DNA of 64,000 nt from positions 64,001 through 128,000 of the forward strand of contig OY782041.1 in the NCBI GenBank assembly GCA_963677595.1. The letters run 5' to 3'. The notes beneath the pieces were generated by a model. The model was not told the origin of the DNA and searched no databases. It saw only the letters and a list, made by a program, of their open reading frames with translations. The position numbers and the translations under genes are program-made. Positions 50,714-61,398 of this stretch are shown here, one piece after another (within the stretch, counting starts at the first letter, position 1; each line of letters opens with the position of its first letter). Source of the DNA: Spirochaetia bacterium. Its GTDB lineage: Bacteria > Spirochaetota > Spirochaetia > CAKZLE01.

Positions 50714-52429
50714 TTACACCAGCCTGCAGGGGATCTCGACCTCGAAGCGACAGCCTGGCCGCATGGTCCCGTCGAGTCTCGGATAAGGGGAATCCAGCCG
50801 GATCTTACCCCCGAGTATGGAGACATTCCGCTTCACGATGGAGAGCCCGAGGCCGCTACCCCGCTCCTGGGACTCCTTCGACTGCGTCCCGCGGTAGTAG
50901 GAGTCCCATATGGCCTTCTGCTCATGCAGGGGTATGCCGATACCGTCATCCTCGATGACACAGCGAAGCAGGTCAGGGCGGATGAAGAGGATCTCGGCCC
51001 TCAGCGAACCGGGTTCATCCCGGTACGCATGGTAGATCCCGTTGCTGATCAGGTTGGAGACGATGAGCTCGAGCAGCTCGGTATCGGTGGAGACTGTCAC
51101 ATCGAGGTTCCTCACGTTCCAGTCTATCGCAACGGACCGCTCCCCGGCAAGGGCATCAGCGTGTTCACGCAGTCTCGAGAAGAGCTCTCCCAGGTGGATC
51201 TCGCTCTCCTGCCGGGTATAGCGCCGCTTCCCCTCGACCCTGGAATAGGCCAGGATGTTCTCGATCATGGTCCCGAGCCGATGGGTCTGCTGCTTGATCA
51301 GCTCGCCGTAGGAGGGCACCCTCGCTGCCGGGACCATGTCGGCCGCCAGGTTGTCCGAGGCGGACTGGATGACCGTCAGCGGGGTACGGAGCTCATGGGT
51401 GATCGAGGCGGTGAACTCCCGTTCCTTCTCCCGCTGGTTCTGCACCCTGTTCATCTGGTAGAGCAGCAGGATGCAGATGAAGCCGATCAGCCCGATGAGG
51501 AAGATGCCCGCGAGGAAGATGATGCTTAGCGTCCGCTCGATGTTCCCGCCGTAGTAGTCGATACTGGAAAGCCTGACCCCGATGATATCCTGGCCGGGCT
51601 CCAGCGTGATGACGCCTTCAAAGAGCCTGCTGAACCCACCGCCGGGTATGATATGGTCCCGGAAGTCGACCTCACCCCCGAAGGGTTCGAGCTTCATCAT
51701 GAAGAGCGGGAAGACCTGTGTCTCCTGCAGGATGAAGGGGTCGGAGACGAGTGAACTCAGGGGATTGAATGTGTAGCCTGCAGCAGCGGCACGATCGAGC
51801 GTCTGGGAATATTCCGGGTCATCGGGGCTGAGGACCCATTCGACGCGCATCTCGGGATGGGCGTCCTCGATCTCGGGGAAGATGTAATCGGCTATATAGG
51901 CTCCCAGGTCGATGCGGGCCGCGATCATCCGGTCCCATCCGATCGGTGAGAGGTAATAGAGGTCATTCCCGTCCTGCAGGAGCTGCGGGCGCAGTTCCTT
52001 CCCTGAAAGCTCCTGCACCAGGCTGTCCGGCAGCTCAGCACGGCTCCAGCCTGCCCCGGAATACCAGTAGGCTGCAGCAGACCCGCTGCCGGTATCGAGG
52101 TAACCCACCGCTGAGACCATTGGGTTCTCGCTCGAGGGACCGAACTGCCCATGGAGCAGGATGATCTCACTCTTTGCCTGTTCGACCGAGGTCCCCGATA
52201 GCAGTGCTGCCTGGTCGATCCAGCGGCCGAGCATGAAGATGCTCTCCATCTCCCTCGATGCCGTCCGATTGATCGAGAGGGCGAGGGAGCTCCTCGTCTT
52301 CTCGTACTCACCCCGAGCGATGTTCGAGAACCACCGGTACTCGAAGACACCGAAGGTGATCAGCACCGCACTCAGTGCCGCGACCATGCCTGCGAGAATG
52401 ATCCTGTTCCGTCGACTCAAACGTTCCAT
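50714..52429 (-). CDS. Membrane sensor histidine kinase
   Basis: Two TMs, ITHELRTPL, NLISNG, DDGIGI, GSGLGLSIV. Confidence 0.95.
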   Translation of the reverse strand: MERLSRRNRIILAGMVAALSAVLITFGVFEYRWFSNIARGEYEKTRSSLALSINRTASREMESIFMLGRWIDQAALLSGTSVEQAKSEIILLHGQFGPSSENPMVSAVGYLDTGSGSAAAYWYSGAGWSRAELPDSLVQELSGKELRPQLLQDGNDLYYLSPIGWDRMIAARIDLGAYIADYIFPEIEDAHPEMRVEWVLSPDDPEYSQTLDRAAAAGYTFNPLSSLVSDPFILQETQVFPLFMMKLEPFGGEVDFRDHIIPGGGFSRLFEGVITLEPGQDIIGVRLSSIDYYGGNIERTLSIIFLAGIFLIGLIGFICILLLYQMNRVQNQREKEREFTASITHELRTPLTVIQSASDNLAADMVPAARVPSYGELIKQQTHRLGTMIENILAYSRVEGKRRYTRQESEIHLGELFSRLREHADALAGERSVAIDWNVRNLDVTVSTDTELLELIVSNLISNGIYHAYRDEPGSLRAEILFIRPDLLRCVIEDDGIGIPLHEQKAIWDSYYRGTQSKESQERGSGLGLSIVKRNVSILGGKIRLDSPYPRLDGTMRPGCRFEVEIPCRLV

Positions 52430-52490
52430 GCCCTAATCATATAGGGGTTGGGGCAAAACCGCCAGAACTATTGGAGATACTCTCATCACC

Positions 52491-52527
52491 TTTTACATAG
52501 TTTACAACCGGTTTACGTTCCGTTAAC
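52491..52527 (+). promoter_or_regulatory. Direct-repeat array, candidate OmpR-family binding site
   Basis: TTTTAC 52491, GTTTAC 52500, GTTTAC 52511, GTTAAC 52522 upstream of the exporter operon. Confidence 0.55.
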
Positions 52528-52573
52528 CACAAGGGATCCCCATTTCAGTATGGTATGATCAGGAGGTGAACCA

Positions 52574-54049
52574 ATGAGTTCCAACGAACATATCATCCAG
52601 GTAGACAGGGTGAAGCCGCACACATCGAAGAAGAAGAGAAGAAGGATCATCATCGTGCTGATCCTGCTCATCGCAGCAGCAGGCGGCGCCTACTGGTACC
52701 TGAACCAGTCAGCACAGCCGGAGGTCATGACCATCTCCTCCTATGACGCAGTGAATGTCACGAGCGGGGATCTCGTATCCACCACGGAAGCGAGCGGCAC
52801 GGTCGTGCTCCCCAACCAGGTGACCATCGTCAATACCAAAGAGGGGTACATCAAGGAGCTGCTCGTAGCAGAAGGTGATGAGATCACCACCGAGGATGTC
52901 CTGCTGGTCATGGACGTACCGGAGTATGAGGAGCAGATGGAGACCTATGAGGTCCAGCTCGAACAGGCGAACATCGAGTATGACTCCCAGGTCTACTCCT
53001 ATGATTACCAGATAGCTGGGTACCAGAAGAGCATCGCACGCGTCGATGAGGATATCATGGAAGCCCAGGCCGATATCGAGGCGATCACCTCGAGGTCCCT
53101 CTATGACCTGCGGACTTTGCAGCTCAAGATCGACCGGCTCACCGCCCAGATCGAGACTGCCCGTGCCGACGTCACGGAGGCTGCAGCCCTCGCTGAGCTG
53201 AGGACCTCCTACAAGACCAGTTATGAGTCAGCCGTGGACACCCTGGACTCACTGCTCGAATCGAAGGAAGATTACGAGCTCCAGCTCGCCGATACCTACG
53301 ACTCCCTCTATGAAACGGCTGTCAAGGACCTGAAGGCCCTCCAGGAGTCCAAGGCCGACTATGAGTCCGACCTGGCCAACACGAAAGCGAACCGCGAGTT
53401 CTATATCGCGAAGCAGGAGTCGAACATCAGCCAGATCCAGCTGAACATCTCACAGCTCAAGAATGATATACAAGAGCTGAACATAACCAGCCCGATCGCG
53501 GGGGAGATCCTCTCGATCAACGGGGACGCCGAGATCGAGGGGAACTACCTGAGCTCCTCAGAGTCCCTCTTCGTCGTAGCTGACCGCTCGCAGGTCTATG
53601 TCGACCTCGATGTCTACGAGCAGTACGCAGGGCTTCTGGAAGTGGGTGACCCCGTCAGCCTGACGATCGGGACCGAGACCATGAGTGCCGAGATCATCAG
53701 GATCGGGAAGGTCGCCTCCCTCGACTCCGACGGGCTTACCGCCACGATCGCTATCCGGGTCAGGCCCCAGACCGACACGGTCCTCAACCCGGGGGCATCT
53801 GCCGTCTCGAGCATCACGCTGGGGACCCAGGAGAACACCCTCCTGCTGCCGAGAGGTTCCTACCTGACGACAGGAAGCCAGAAGTACCTCTACGTCGTGG
53901 ACGGGGACATGGCATACAAGACCGAAGTCACCTTCGGCGAGATACAGGGGAACAAGGTCGAGGTCATCAGCGGCGTGGAAGCTGGTGATACCGTCATCAC
54001 ATCATCATACCAGGGATTCATCGCTGAAGATGTGATCCGCCTGCAGTAA
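52574..54049 (+). CDS. Efflux periplasmic adaptor (MacA/HlyD-like)
   Basis: N-terminal TM anchor, lipoyl halves (VAEGD; ITSPIAGEI), long coiled coil, VEVISGVEAGDTVI. Confidence 0.9.
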   Translation: MSSNEHIIQVDRVKPHTSKKKRRRIIIVLILLIAAAGGAYWYLNQSAQPEVMTISSYDAVNVTSGDLVSTTEASGTVVLPNQVTIVNTKEGYIKELLVAEGDEITTEDVLLVMDVPEYEEQMETYEVQLEQANIEYDSQVYSYDYQIAGYQKSIARVDEDIMEAQADIEAITSRSLYDLRTLQLKIDRLTAQIETARADVTEAAALAELRTSYKTSYESAVDTLDSLLESKEDYELQLADTYDSLYETAVKDLKALQESKADYESDLANTKANREFYIAKQESNISQIQLNISQLKNDIQELNITSPIAGEILSINGDAEIEGNYLSSSESLFVVADRSQVYVDLDVYEQYAGLLEVGDPVSLTIGTETMSAEIIRIGKVASLDSDGLTATIAIRVRPQTDTVLNPGASAVSSITLGTQENTLLLPRGSYLTTGSQKYLYVVDGDMAYKTEVTFGEIQGNKVEVISGVEAGDTVITSSYQGFIAEDVIRLQ

Positions 54050-54062
54050 CGGAGGAGAACCA

Positions 54063-54758
54063 ATGATTACCTTAGAGAACATTTCAAAAGTATACGACCT
54101 CGAGGAGGTCAAGATCACGGCAGTGGACAATGTCTCCCTGTCGATAGACCGGGGCGAGTACATCGCCGTCATGGGACCGTCAGGGTCGGGCAAGTCGACC
54201 CTGATGCAGATCCTCGGCATCCTCGACGATGCCACCAGCGGGGTCTACAAGCTCGAGGGCTATGATATCACGACGCTGCCCGACAAGGAGCAGGCCCGTA
54301 TCAGGAACAAGCACTTCGGCTTCATCTTCCAGAGCTTCAACCTCTTCCCCGAGCTCAGTGCGTTGGAGAACGTCATGCTCCCGATGCAGTACGCAGGCGT
54401 CCCGGTCAAGAAGCGGAAGGAACGGGCGATCTACCTCCTCAACGAGGTAGGCCTCTCACACCGGTACAACCACCTCCCGACGATGCTCTCCGGTGGTGAG
54501 CAGCAGCGGGTAGCGATCGCACGGGCCCTCTCGAACGAACCGGACCTGATCCTGGCCGATGAGCCGACGGGTAACCTCCCGACCGACAAGGGGGACGCGA
54601 TCATGGAGATCCTCGAGAAGGTCAACAATGACGGGGTCACCATCGTCATGGTCACCCACAACCCCGCACAGGGAAGGCGTGCAAAGCGTGTGATCAGGCT
54701 CAGGGACGGCCGCCTGGACGACAGCGAAGTACCTGCAGGAGAAGCGTATGCTGAATGA
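54063..54758 (+). CDS. ABC transporter ATP-binding protein (MacB/LolD type)
   Basis: [36 protein letters not shown]. Confidence 0.95.
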   Translation: MITLENISKVYDLEEVKITAVDNVSLSIDRGEYIAVMGPSGSGKSTLMQILGILDDATSGVYKLEGYDITTLPDKEQARIRNKHFGFIFQSFNLFPELSALENVMLPMQYAGVPVKKRKERAIYLLNEVGLSHRYNHLPTMLSGGEQQRVAIARALSNEPDLILADEPTGNLPTDKGDAIMEILEKVNNDGVTIVMVTHNPAQGRRAKRVIRLRDGRLDDSEVPAGEAYAE

Positions 54759-56160
54759 ACCGGTAAAGATCATGCTCAGGCGGTTCATCGACCGTCTGAC
54801 CGAGTCGGGACTGCTGGTCCTGACCGTAGCGCTGGGAGTCGGGGCCTTCGCCGCAGGCGGGGCGCTCTTCATCAACGTACAGCAGCAGAGTGCTGCCATG
54901 CTGGCCTCCCCTGAGTACCACGAGATCGTCATCTCCACGAGGACGAATACCGAGGACATGGCTACCCCGGTAGAGGCGAAGGCACTGAACGAGGACACGA
55001 TCCTCACCCAGTCGGACCTCTCCGCCGGGGACATGATCCCCGCCGTGGAGTACAGCTATATCATGAACCACTCGCGGCTGAGACTCATAAACGAGGACTC
55101 GATAGCCCGGGAGACCGCCATGAGGGAGGAGTTCCAGGCCCAGGCCGAGGCTGAGGGGGGCACCCCGCCCGAGGGCGAGACAACTCCCGAGGGAGCGGAT
55201 GCCGCACCGGAAGGCGACGGCGGGTTCTTCTCCTTCAGCCAGGATGTCTCGGAGGATTGGGATGAGATCGCTGCCGACAGCGACATCCTCATCGCCGATG
55301 TGGAGGAGGTCTCAGGCTATGAGGTCACCTCAGGGTTCTTCCCCGCCTGGGGCATCGACGCGGCTGCAGGTTCCCTCTTCAGCCAGAGCGATTATGACGG
55401 TACTGATGACGTCATCCTGCTGGGAAGCACCATAGCGGAAACCCTGGCGGACGGGGATGATACCACTTCCCTGATCGGGAAGAAGCTCCTTACCCGTGAG
55501 GGGTACCAGACCATCATCGGTATCCTCGAGACGACAGGGACGACGGTGGACAAGTACTATGTCGAACCCTATAAGGACGTTGCAGCTTCCGGCGGCTTCA
55601 CCGGCTTCCGGATGATGTTCATGAACAGCGAGCTCCGTTTCAGCGTATCCGACCCCGAAGCCCTTGACTCGACGGCCCAGATGCTCGATGAGTGGTTCAC
55701 CTCCCAGTTCGGTGAAGACCAGATAAACGTGCTGAACCCGAGGATCGAGGCAGAGCAGACGATCGCCCGTAACAACGGGATCAGCCTCCTGCTGCTCATC
55801 CTGGCAGTGGCCGGCCTGTTCATCGCTTCGGTGAACATCGCGCACATGCTGCTGAGCCGGACCATGCGCATGAAGAAGCATGTCGGCATCCTCATGGCAC
55901 TCGGTGCCACGAGGAAGAACGTGAACAGGCTCTTCGCCACAGAGGCACTGCTGGTCATCGTCCTCGGCACCGTGGTCGGTGCCCTGATCGCGATCCCGCT
56001 GAACCTCCAGATGAAGGCTTCGCTCGAGCTCATGGGGAACTCGACCTGGATGGTCGCTCTCAGCGCCCTGCTCTCTGCAGTCATCATCTTCATCTTCACC
56101 CAGATGCCGATCAGGCGGTTCGACAGCATCAAGCCGGCTGACGCCATGAGAGCACAGTAG
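54748..56160 (+). CDS. MacB/FtsX-type ABC permease 1
   Basis: TM1, large periplasmic domain, VGILMALGA...[13 protein letters not shown]. Confidence 0.88.
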   Translation: MLNEPVKIMLRRFIDRLTESGLLVLTVALGVGAFAAGGALFINVQQQSAAMLASPEYHEIVISTRTNTEDMATPVEAKALNEDTILTQSDLSAGDMIPAVEYSYIMNHSRLRLINEDSIARETAMREEFQAQAEAEGGTPPEGETTPEGADAAPEGDGGFFSFSQDVSEDWDEIAADSDILIADVEEVSGYEVTSGFFPAWGIDAAAGSLFSQSDYDGTDDVILLGSTIAETLADGDDTTSLIGKKLLTREGYQTIIGILETTGTTVDKYYVEPYKDVAASGGFTGFRMMFMNSELRFSVSDPEALDSTAQMLDEWFTSQFGEDQINVLNPRIEAEQTIARNNGISLLLLILAVAGLFIASVNIAHMLLSRTMRMKKHVGILMALGATRKNVNRLFATEALLVIVLGTVVGALIAIPLNLQMKASLELMGNSTWMVALSALLSAVIIFIFTQMPIRRFDSIKPADAMRAQ

Positions 56161-56173
56161 GAGGAATCACATC

Positions 56174-57481
56174 ATGAAGAAATTTTTAGTCGTGCTCTTC
56201 AGGCAGTGGGCACATTCACCGATAAAAGTACTGCTGACCCTGCTGGCAGTGTCATTGGGGACCTTCATCCTCATCCTCTCGTTCAGCGTCACGAACATCA
56301 TCGATGAGAAGGTCACCGATGTCCTCAACGCCCAGGGTGTGATCGTCCATGTCGCAAACGGCACGTGGGACTCCGAGGGTAACGTGGACCAGACGAGGCC
56401 CTCCGAATGGGACACCTCTGCCGGGGACTACCTCATCTCCGACACTGATTCCGTGGAGTACACGGCGATCGTGTCCTTCTCACCCTTCATGGAGCTCAAC
56501 GTGGGAGGCACCTCCTACAACCTGCGCTCCTCCATAGCGACGGAACCCTCCTACTTCGATGTCTTCGACCTCGAGGTCATCGCAGGGGTCCCGATGTCCG
56601 AGGAGGATGTATCGCTCGGCTCGAGGAAGGTCTGGCTCTCTGAGGAGACTGCCGTCCTGCTCTTCGGCTCAGCCGAGGATGCGATCGGGCAGTGGGTACA
56701 ACCGCCTGGGTTCACGATGGGCCGGGGCATGAACAGCCAGGAACAGAACATGGTCATCCAGTACAGCGTTGCCGGCGTCTACGAGACCCCGTCCGAGATC
56801 ACCAGGAACTCCTATGGGATCGGGGACCTGCTCGTTCCCTTCACCTCCTTCCTCCCGCAGGGAGCCAACGCCTCCATGGCGATGAACAGGATGGCAGGGA
56901 CGATGGTCATCAAGAGTTCAGAGACCTCCGTCGAGTCCGCCGAGGCCGCGATCAGGCAGACGCTGACCCAGAACTACGGGGATGATATAGACATCATCGT
57001 GTGGGAAGGCTCCATGCGGGGCGAGACGAGCTATATGCAGGACCTGCGCAAGACGGTCAATGTCTTCACCGTGTCGGTGAACATCCTCGGTATCGTCCTC
57101 ATGCTCGTGAGTACCCTCGGGGTCTTCTCCATCATGCTCGTCGAGGCATTGAGCAGAAAGAAGCATATCGCACTCGAGCGGGCCCTCGGCGCCTCGAAGG
57201 GACGGATCATCCAGGAGTTCTGGATCTGGTCGATCGCCATGAGCTTCCTCGGGGTTGCCTTAGGCGCTATCATCTCCTACTTCGTCTGCCCGACTGTGCT
57301 CTCTACCATCTCTCCCCTGCTCGGCGACCTTTCGACGGAGCTCGACCTCACGTCAGGCATCGACCTCAAGGCACTGCTCGAGAGTGCGGTACTCGTACTC
57401 GGGTTCGGCGGGCTCTTCGGGCTGCTCCCGGCACTGCCGGCAGTCAACGACTCGATCGCCGATGTGCTGAAGGAGGCGTAA
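56174..57481 (+). CDS. MacB/FtsX-type ABC permease 2
   Basis: IALERALGAS...QEF, FGLLPA. Confidence 0.88.
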   Translation: MKKFLVVLFRQWAHSPIKVLLTLLAVSLGTFILILSFSVTNIIDEKVTDVLNAQGVIVHVANGTWDSEGNVDQTRPSEWDTSAGDYLISDTDSVEYTAIVSFSPFMELNVGGTSYNLRSSIATEPSYFDVFDLEVIAGVPMSEEDVSLGSRKVWLSEETAVLLFGSAEDAIGQWVQPPGFTMGRGMNSQEQNMVIQYSVAGVYETPSEITRNSYGIGDLLVPFTSFLPQGANASMAMNRMAGTMVIKSSETSVESAEAAIRQTLTQNYGDDIDIIVWEGSMRGETSYMQDLRKTVNVFTVSVNILGIVLMLVSTLGVFSIMLVEALSRKKHIALERALGASKGRIIQEFWIWSIAMSFLGVALGAIISYFVCPTVLSTISPLLGDLSTELDLTSGIDLKALLESAVLVLGFGGLFGLLPALPAVNDSIADVLKEA

Positions 57482-57484
57482 GAG

Positions 57485-58756
57485 ATGAGAAAACTACTGG
57501 TTACAGCACTCCTGCTGGTCATGGTCGTCCTCCCCGCGAGCGGGGAGACCCTCTCCAGCATGAACGACCTGGTCTCCTACGCCCTTGCCCACAGCTACTC
57601 CTATACCAGGGCCCTGTATGATGCGAACACCGCCTACAGCAGCCTGGCAACCGACGCATGGTATGAGAGCTCTTCGATGAGCTTGAGATCCGATGCGGCG
57701 GTGAACAGCACAACCAACGGGGTGTCGGCAACACTGTCGGTCGACGTTCCGGTGAACGACTACCTGACGATCTCAGGCAATATCGACACAGCCCTCTCTG
57801 GGAAGATGTCGGTGAGCATCAACCCGCTGGCACAGCCGGAGAGTACCGTGGAAGAGGAGTTGGCATATGAGAATGCCAGCCTCAACCTCGCTGAGCTGAA
57901 GCAGTCGATCAGCAATGACGTGGTCTCTGCCTACATCAGCTACCGGCTTGCCGAGGAGGAGCTCTCCCTCACGGAGAAGCAGGCGGACCTTGCGAAGCAG
58001 GAGTATGAGTTCGAGCAGGAGCTCTACGACCTCGGGGAGGTGACCCTCATCGAGCTGCAGGAGGTCCTTGACGACCTCTCCGATGCACAGAACAGCGTGA
58101 GTACGGGTAGGAACTCCCTCACGACCGCCAAACGGGCGCTCATGCAGACCCTCGGGGCAGAGACGGCAGCGGAGCTTACGCTCCCGGTGATCGACCTCCA
58201 GGCCTTCGCCGACCTGGCGACGGTGAACGAGGATACCGATTACGCAGCTTCGACTTCTGTCATGGGGACCTATGCAGTCATTTCTGCGGTGAACAGTGAG
58301 AAGACCGCCCAGGACACCTATGATACCCAGCGGCTCTTCGAGCCGAATGTGAGCATCTCCTCAAATATCAGCACGAGTGGTGCAATCACCGGGTCGGTCA
58401 GTTTCTCGATGGGGTTCGACAGTTTCAAGGAGGATGTGAAAGCAGACTACCTCGATGCCCTCACGCTCGCACAGCAGAATACACTCAGCACCATATCATC
58501 AGCCCAGTACAGCCTGGACGCACTGATCGAGTCGATCGCCTATGACAAGCTGCAGATAGCAGATGCAAGAAGGCAGGTCGAGATGACCCAGCGGCTGATC
58601 GACGAGGCGGAGACACTCTATGCGCATGATGAGTATGATGAGCTCGACCTGGCATCACTGAAGCTCTCGGCAGAGTCCAAGGAGCTCTCCCTGATGAAGG
58701 AGATCCTGGACTGGTACGAACACCAGCTCGAGATCAAGGTATACCTTACCACATAA
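57485..58756 (+). CDS. TolC-like outer membrane efflux protein
   Basis: Signal peptide, two helical OEP-like halves (YDLGEVTLIEL), last gene of the exporter operon. Confidence 0.75.
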   Translation: MRKLLVTALLLVMVVLPASGETLSSMNDLVSYALAHSYSYTRALYDANTAYSSLATDAWYESSSMSLRSDAAVNSTTNGVSATLSVDVPVNDYLTISGNIDTALSGKMSVSINPLAQPESTVEEELAYENASLNLAELKQSISNDVVSAYISYRLAEEELSLTEKQADLAKQEYEFEQELYDLGEVTLIELQEVLDDLSDAQNSVSTGRNSLTTAKRALMQTLGAETAAELTLPVIDLQAFADLATVNEDTDYAASTSVMGTYAVISAVNSEKTAQDTYDTQRLFEPNVSISSNISTSGAITGSVSFSMGFDSFKEDVKADYLDALTLAQQNTLSTISSAQYSLDALIESIAYDKLQIADARRQVEMTQRLIDEAETLYAHDEYDELDLASLKLSAESKELSLMKEILDWYEHQLEIKVYLTT

Positions 58757-58777
58757 GAGGGCCCGGATACGCATACA

Positions 58778-58817
58778 GCACCGAAGGCTGCATAGAGGGT
58801 TATGCAGCCTTCGGTGC
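58778..58817. terminator. 17-bp stem hairpin between convergent genes
   Basis: GCACCGAAGGCTGCATA-GAGGGT-TATGCAGCCTTCGGTGC. Confidence 0.7.
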
Positions 58818-58822
58818 GTTAT

Positions 58823-59647
58823 TCAGAAATCGAAGTTCTCGGGGTCGGAGCCGATTCTGTCCCCCTCAACGGCCTTCATCCGCATCAGGTCCTCTTCGCT
58901 GATGGTGATATCCGGCAGTTCGAAGTTCTCGATGATCCGCTTCTTGCGGTTCGACTTCACCAGCGGGACGTTCCCCATCTGCAGCTGCCAGATGGTGGCG
59001 AACTGCGATACCGTACAGCCGTAGGTTTCCGCGAGCTCTGCAATAAGGGGCAGTTCGAAGATGGCCCCCTGCATCAGGGTCGCCCAGGACTCGATGATGA
59101 TCCCATGCGTATGGCAATACTCCTGCAGCTCATACTGCGGGAACTGCGGGTGGAGCTCCACCTGGTTGACCATCGGGACGATGTCCACTCCCTTCAGGAG
59201 CTCCTTGAGCTGCCGTATGGTGAAGTTACTCACCCCGATCGATCGTACCCTGCCCTCTTCATAGAGCTTCTCGAGTGCCTTCCAGGTCTCTCCACTCACC
59301 GGCTTCGGCCAGTGGATGAGGTAGAGGTCCAGGTAGTCGGTCCCAAGCCTCTCCAGCGACTTCTCGAACGCCTCAAGGGTGGTATCATAGCCCTGGTCAG
59401 AGTTCCAGACCTTGCTCGTGAGGAAGATATCCTCACGCGGTATGCCGCTCTTGCGCATCCCCTCGCCGACCCCGCGTTCGTTCCCGTAGATGGCAGCCGT
59501 GTCGATATGGCGGTAGCCGGCCTGCAGGGCATCATTGACTGCATCGATGACGAGGGACCCCTCAGGTATCTTGAAGGTCCCGAACCCCAGTGCCGGGATC
59601 TTCTTCCCGTTCGATAACTCATACTCTCTCATACTCTCTTCCCCCAT
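58823..59647 (-). CDS. Aldo/keto reductase
   Basis: GYRHIDTAAIYGNE, LDLYLIHWP, IGVSNF, NQVELHP. Alternative start 59632. Confidence 0.95.
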   Translation of the reverse strand: MGEESMREYELSNGKKIPALGFGTFKIPEGSLVIDAVNDALQAGYRHIDTAAIYGNERGVGEGMRKSGIPREDIFLTSKVWNSDQGYDTTLEAFEKSLERLGTDYLDLYLIHWPKPVSGETWKALEKLYEEGRVRSIGVSNFTIRQLKELLKGVDIVPMVNQVELHPQFPQYELQEYCHTHGIIIESWATLMQGAIFELPLIAELAETYGCTVSQFATIWQLQMGNVPLVKSNRKKRIIENFELPDITISEEDLMRMKAVEGDRIGSDPENFDF

Positions 59648-59698
59648 GAGGGAATTGTAGCATACAGCCGGGGGGCTGTTCCAGAACGCCCGAGCTGA

Positions 59699-59806
59699 TT
59701 ACTGAACATGATGGATCTCTATCTGTGGTGCAGGGAACGGCCATACCTCTGGGAAAACGGTCAGTCCTTCCCCCAATACCCCGATAACAGGTCTCTGCTC
59801 AGCCAT
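59699..59806 (-). pseudogene. Truncated RloB-like gene
   Basis: Start overlaps the ATPase stop. MAEQRPVIGVLGEGLT resembles the RloB TOPRIM-like hhhhhEGxTE motif, then similarity stops; only 35 codons. Confidence 0.55.
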
Positions 59807-61118
59807 GGTATTCAGGGGTATCCTCGGAAACCTGCAGTGATCCCAGATACGGTACAGCACCGAGCTTACCGATCTTATAGAAGTTCGCAATTGAATTATT
59901 CCTATGCAGACCGTAATCACTACCCCGGGAGATCACTGTAGCTCCAGTAGTCCTGTCTTTCTCACAGAACAGGAACATGTCAGGACTCAGATGGTCGCAC
60001 TCGAGGAGCCTGGTGTTATGGGTCGTGATGAGCATCTGGGAGGAAGATGCATTGTAGAGAAACATGTTGAGAAAAAAGATCATGAGATCAGGATGGAGGG
60101 AGCTTTCGAGTTCATCAATGCTTACAAAGCACCTCTTGCTGATCAACTCATGAAGCACGATCGACAATCCAAGGAACCGTCTTGTCCCATTCGATTCTTC
60201 CTCGATCTCAAGAGTCGCCTGCCCTCCCCGATAGGTATGGGTGAATACTGGATGGTCTTTCTCGATCCTTCGTTCGGAAAGGATCTGCTCTTTCACGGAC
60301 TGAGGGATACGCTTATCAACTTCCACCGCGGAGAGGATGGAATCCTCAAGGAGTACCTCATCTTCCTCGATCCTGAAATCCTCTATCTGGATATCGGCTT
60401 TGTTCAGCATCTGGACTACATAGGCATTGTATCTATCCTTGTCCTTACGTATCATTCGTACAGCCCAACTCTCAAGGTCTGTCGAAGGGATGATGAGGGG
60501 AAGCAAAGAATCCTTGAGATACTCATATACCGTATTAAGCAGCACATTCGTCACATTCGAAGACCCGAGGGTGGCGAAGAGAGACTCGTTATGGGCTACA
60601 CCGTTTTGAAAGAACTGGCGCTGGTACACATCAAGACCGACCTTCGCCCCAAACTGGATCGTCGGCCTCTCATTCCCTCCTGAACTTTTCCGGGAGAAGA
60701 TATTCGCAGGCTGGGTAGAAGGATAGTAGATGAGCGTTTCTGCTACAATGCTTTTTGCATTCAGTTCCATAGTATAGACATACCTGGTCCCATCTATAAA
60801 GAAATCTATCAGGTATCTGCCGTTACCCTGTTTTGTTACGGGATCGAATTTGAAGGGACTGTATGCAATTGGATCATTCCTCTCCCTCTTTCCTGAAAAG
60901 AGTGCATTCCTGAGGAATTCGAGAGCGTTCACCACATTGGATTTACCCGAAGCATTCGCCCCATAGAGGATCGCCGCCTTGAGGACTTTCCGTTTCTCAT
61001 CAATCGGGATGAACAGAGAATCACTGTAGGGTGCAATGTTTGTCTTCTTGGGAACGAAACTGATGATGACCTCATCTTTTATTGACAATACGTTTAGTAT
61101 TCGAATCTCCTGGATCAT
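59799..61118 (-). CDS. AAA_21 ATPase (RloA/AbiEii-like)
   Basis: LYGANASGKSN, EESNGTRR, IDELESSLHP, LITTHN, YKIGKLGAVP. Confidence 0.9.
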   Translation of the reverse strand: MIQEIRILNVLSIKDEVIISFVPKKTNIAPYSDSLFIPIDEKRKVLKAAILYGANASGKSNVVNALEFLRNALFSGKRERNDPIAYSPFKFDPVTKQGNGRYLIDFFIDGTRYVYTMELNAKSIVAETLIYYPSTQPANIFSRKSSGGNERPTIQFGAKVGLDVYQRQFFQNGVAHNESLFATLGSSNVTNVLLNTVYEYLKDSLLPLIIPSTDLESWAVRMIRKDKDRYNAYVVQMLNKADIQIEDFRIEEDEVLLEDSILSAVEVDKRIPQSVKEQILSERRIEKDHPVFTHTYRGGQATLEIEEESNGTRRFLGLSIVLHELISKRCFVSIDELESSLHPDLMIFFLNMFLYNASSSQMLITTHNTRLLECDHLSPDMFLFCEKDRTTGATVISRGSDYGLHRNNSIANFYKIGKLGAVPYLGSLQVSEDTPEYHG

Positions 61119-61283
61119 TTTCTTTTCCTGTTTTTCGTAGTTATTCTACAATTTCATCATATAGATATAAGTTATCAAGAGTTTTCCATACAATCTTCCA
61201 TATTGTTTCAGGCTGATGCCGCGATATGCTGGAACACCTGCTATGGGCTTCTTTGACGATGATCAAGACGGTTACGTATCTGA

Positions 61284-61383
61284 AAGTAGGTCGACATGTC
61301 GACCTACTTCAGAACACCTCTGGCAATCTTGCTGCAAGCATAGTATAATACATCTGTAAGTAGGTCGACATGTCGACCTACTT
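61284..61383. repeat. Two identical perfect 26-bp palindromes flanking a -10 box
   Basis: AAGTAGGTCGACATGTCGACCTACTT at 61284-61309 and 61358-61383; TATAAT at 61344-61349. Confidence 0.9.
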
Positions 61384-61398
61384 CAGAATGGAGGCTCT

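Noticed and set aside
61284-61383. Mini-CRISPR array
   Set aside because: Only two repeats, the 48-bp gap contains a -10 box, and there are no cas genes.
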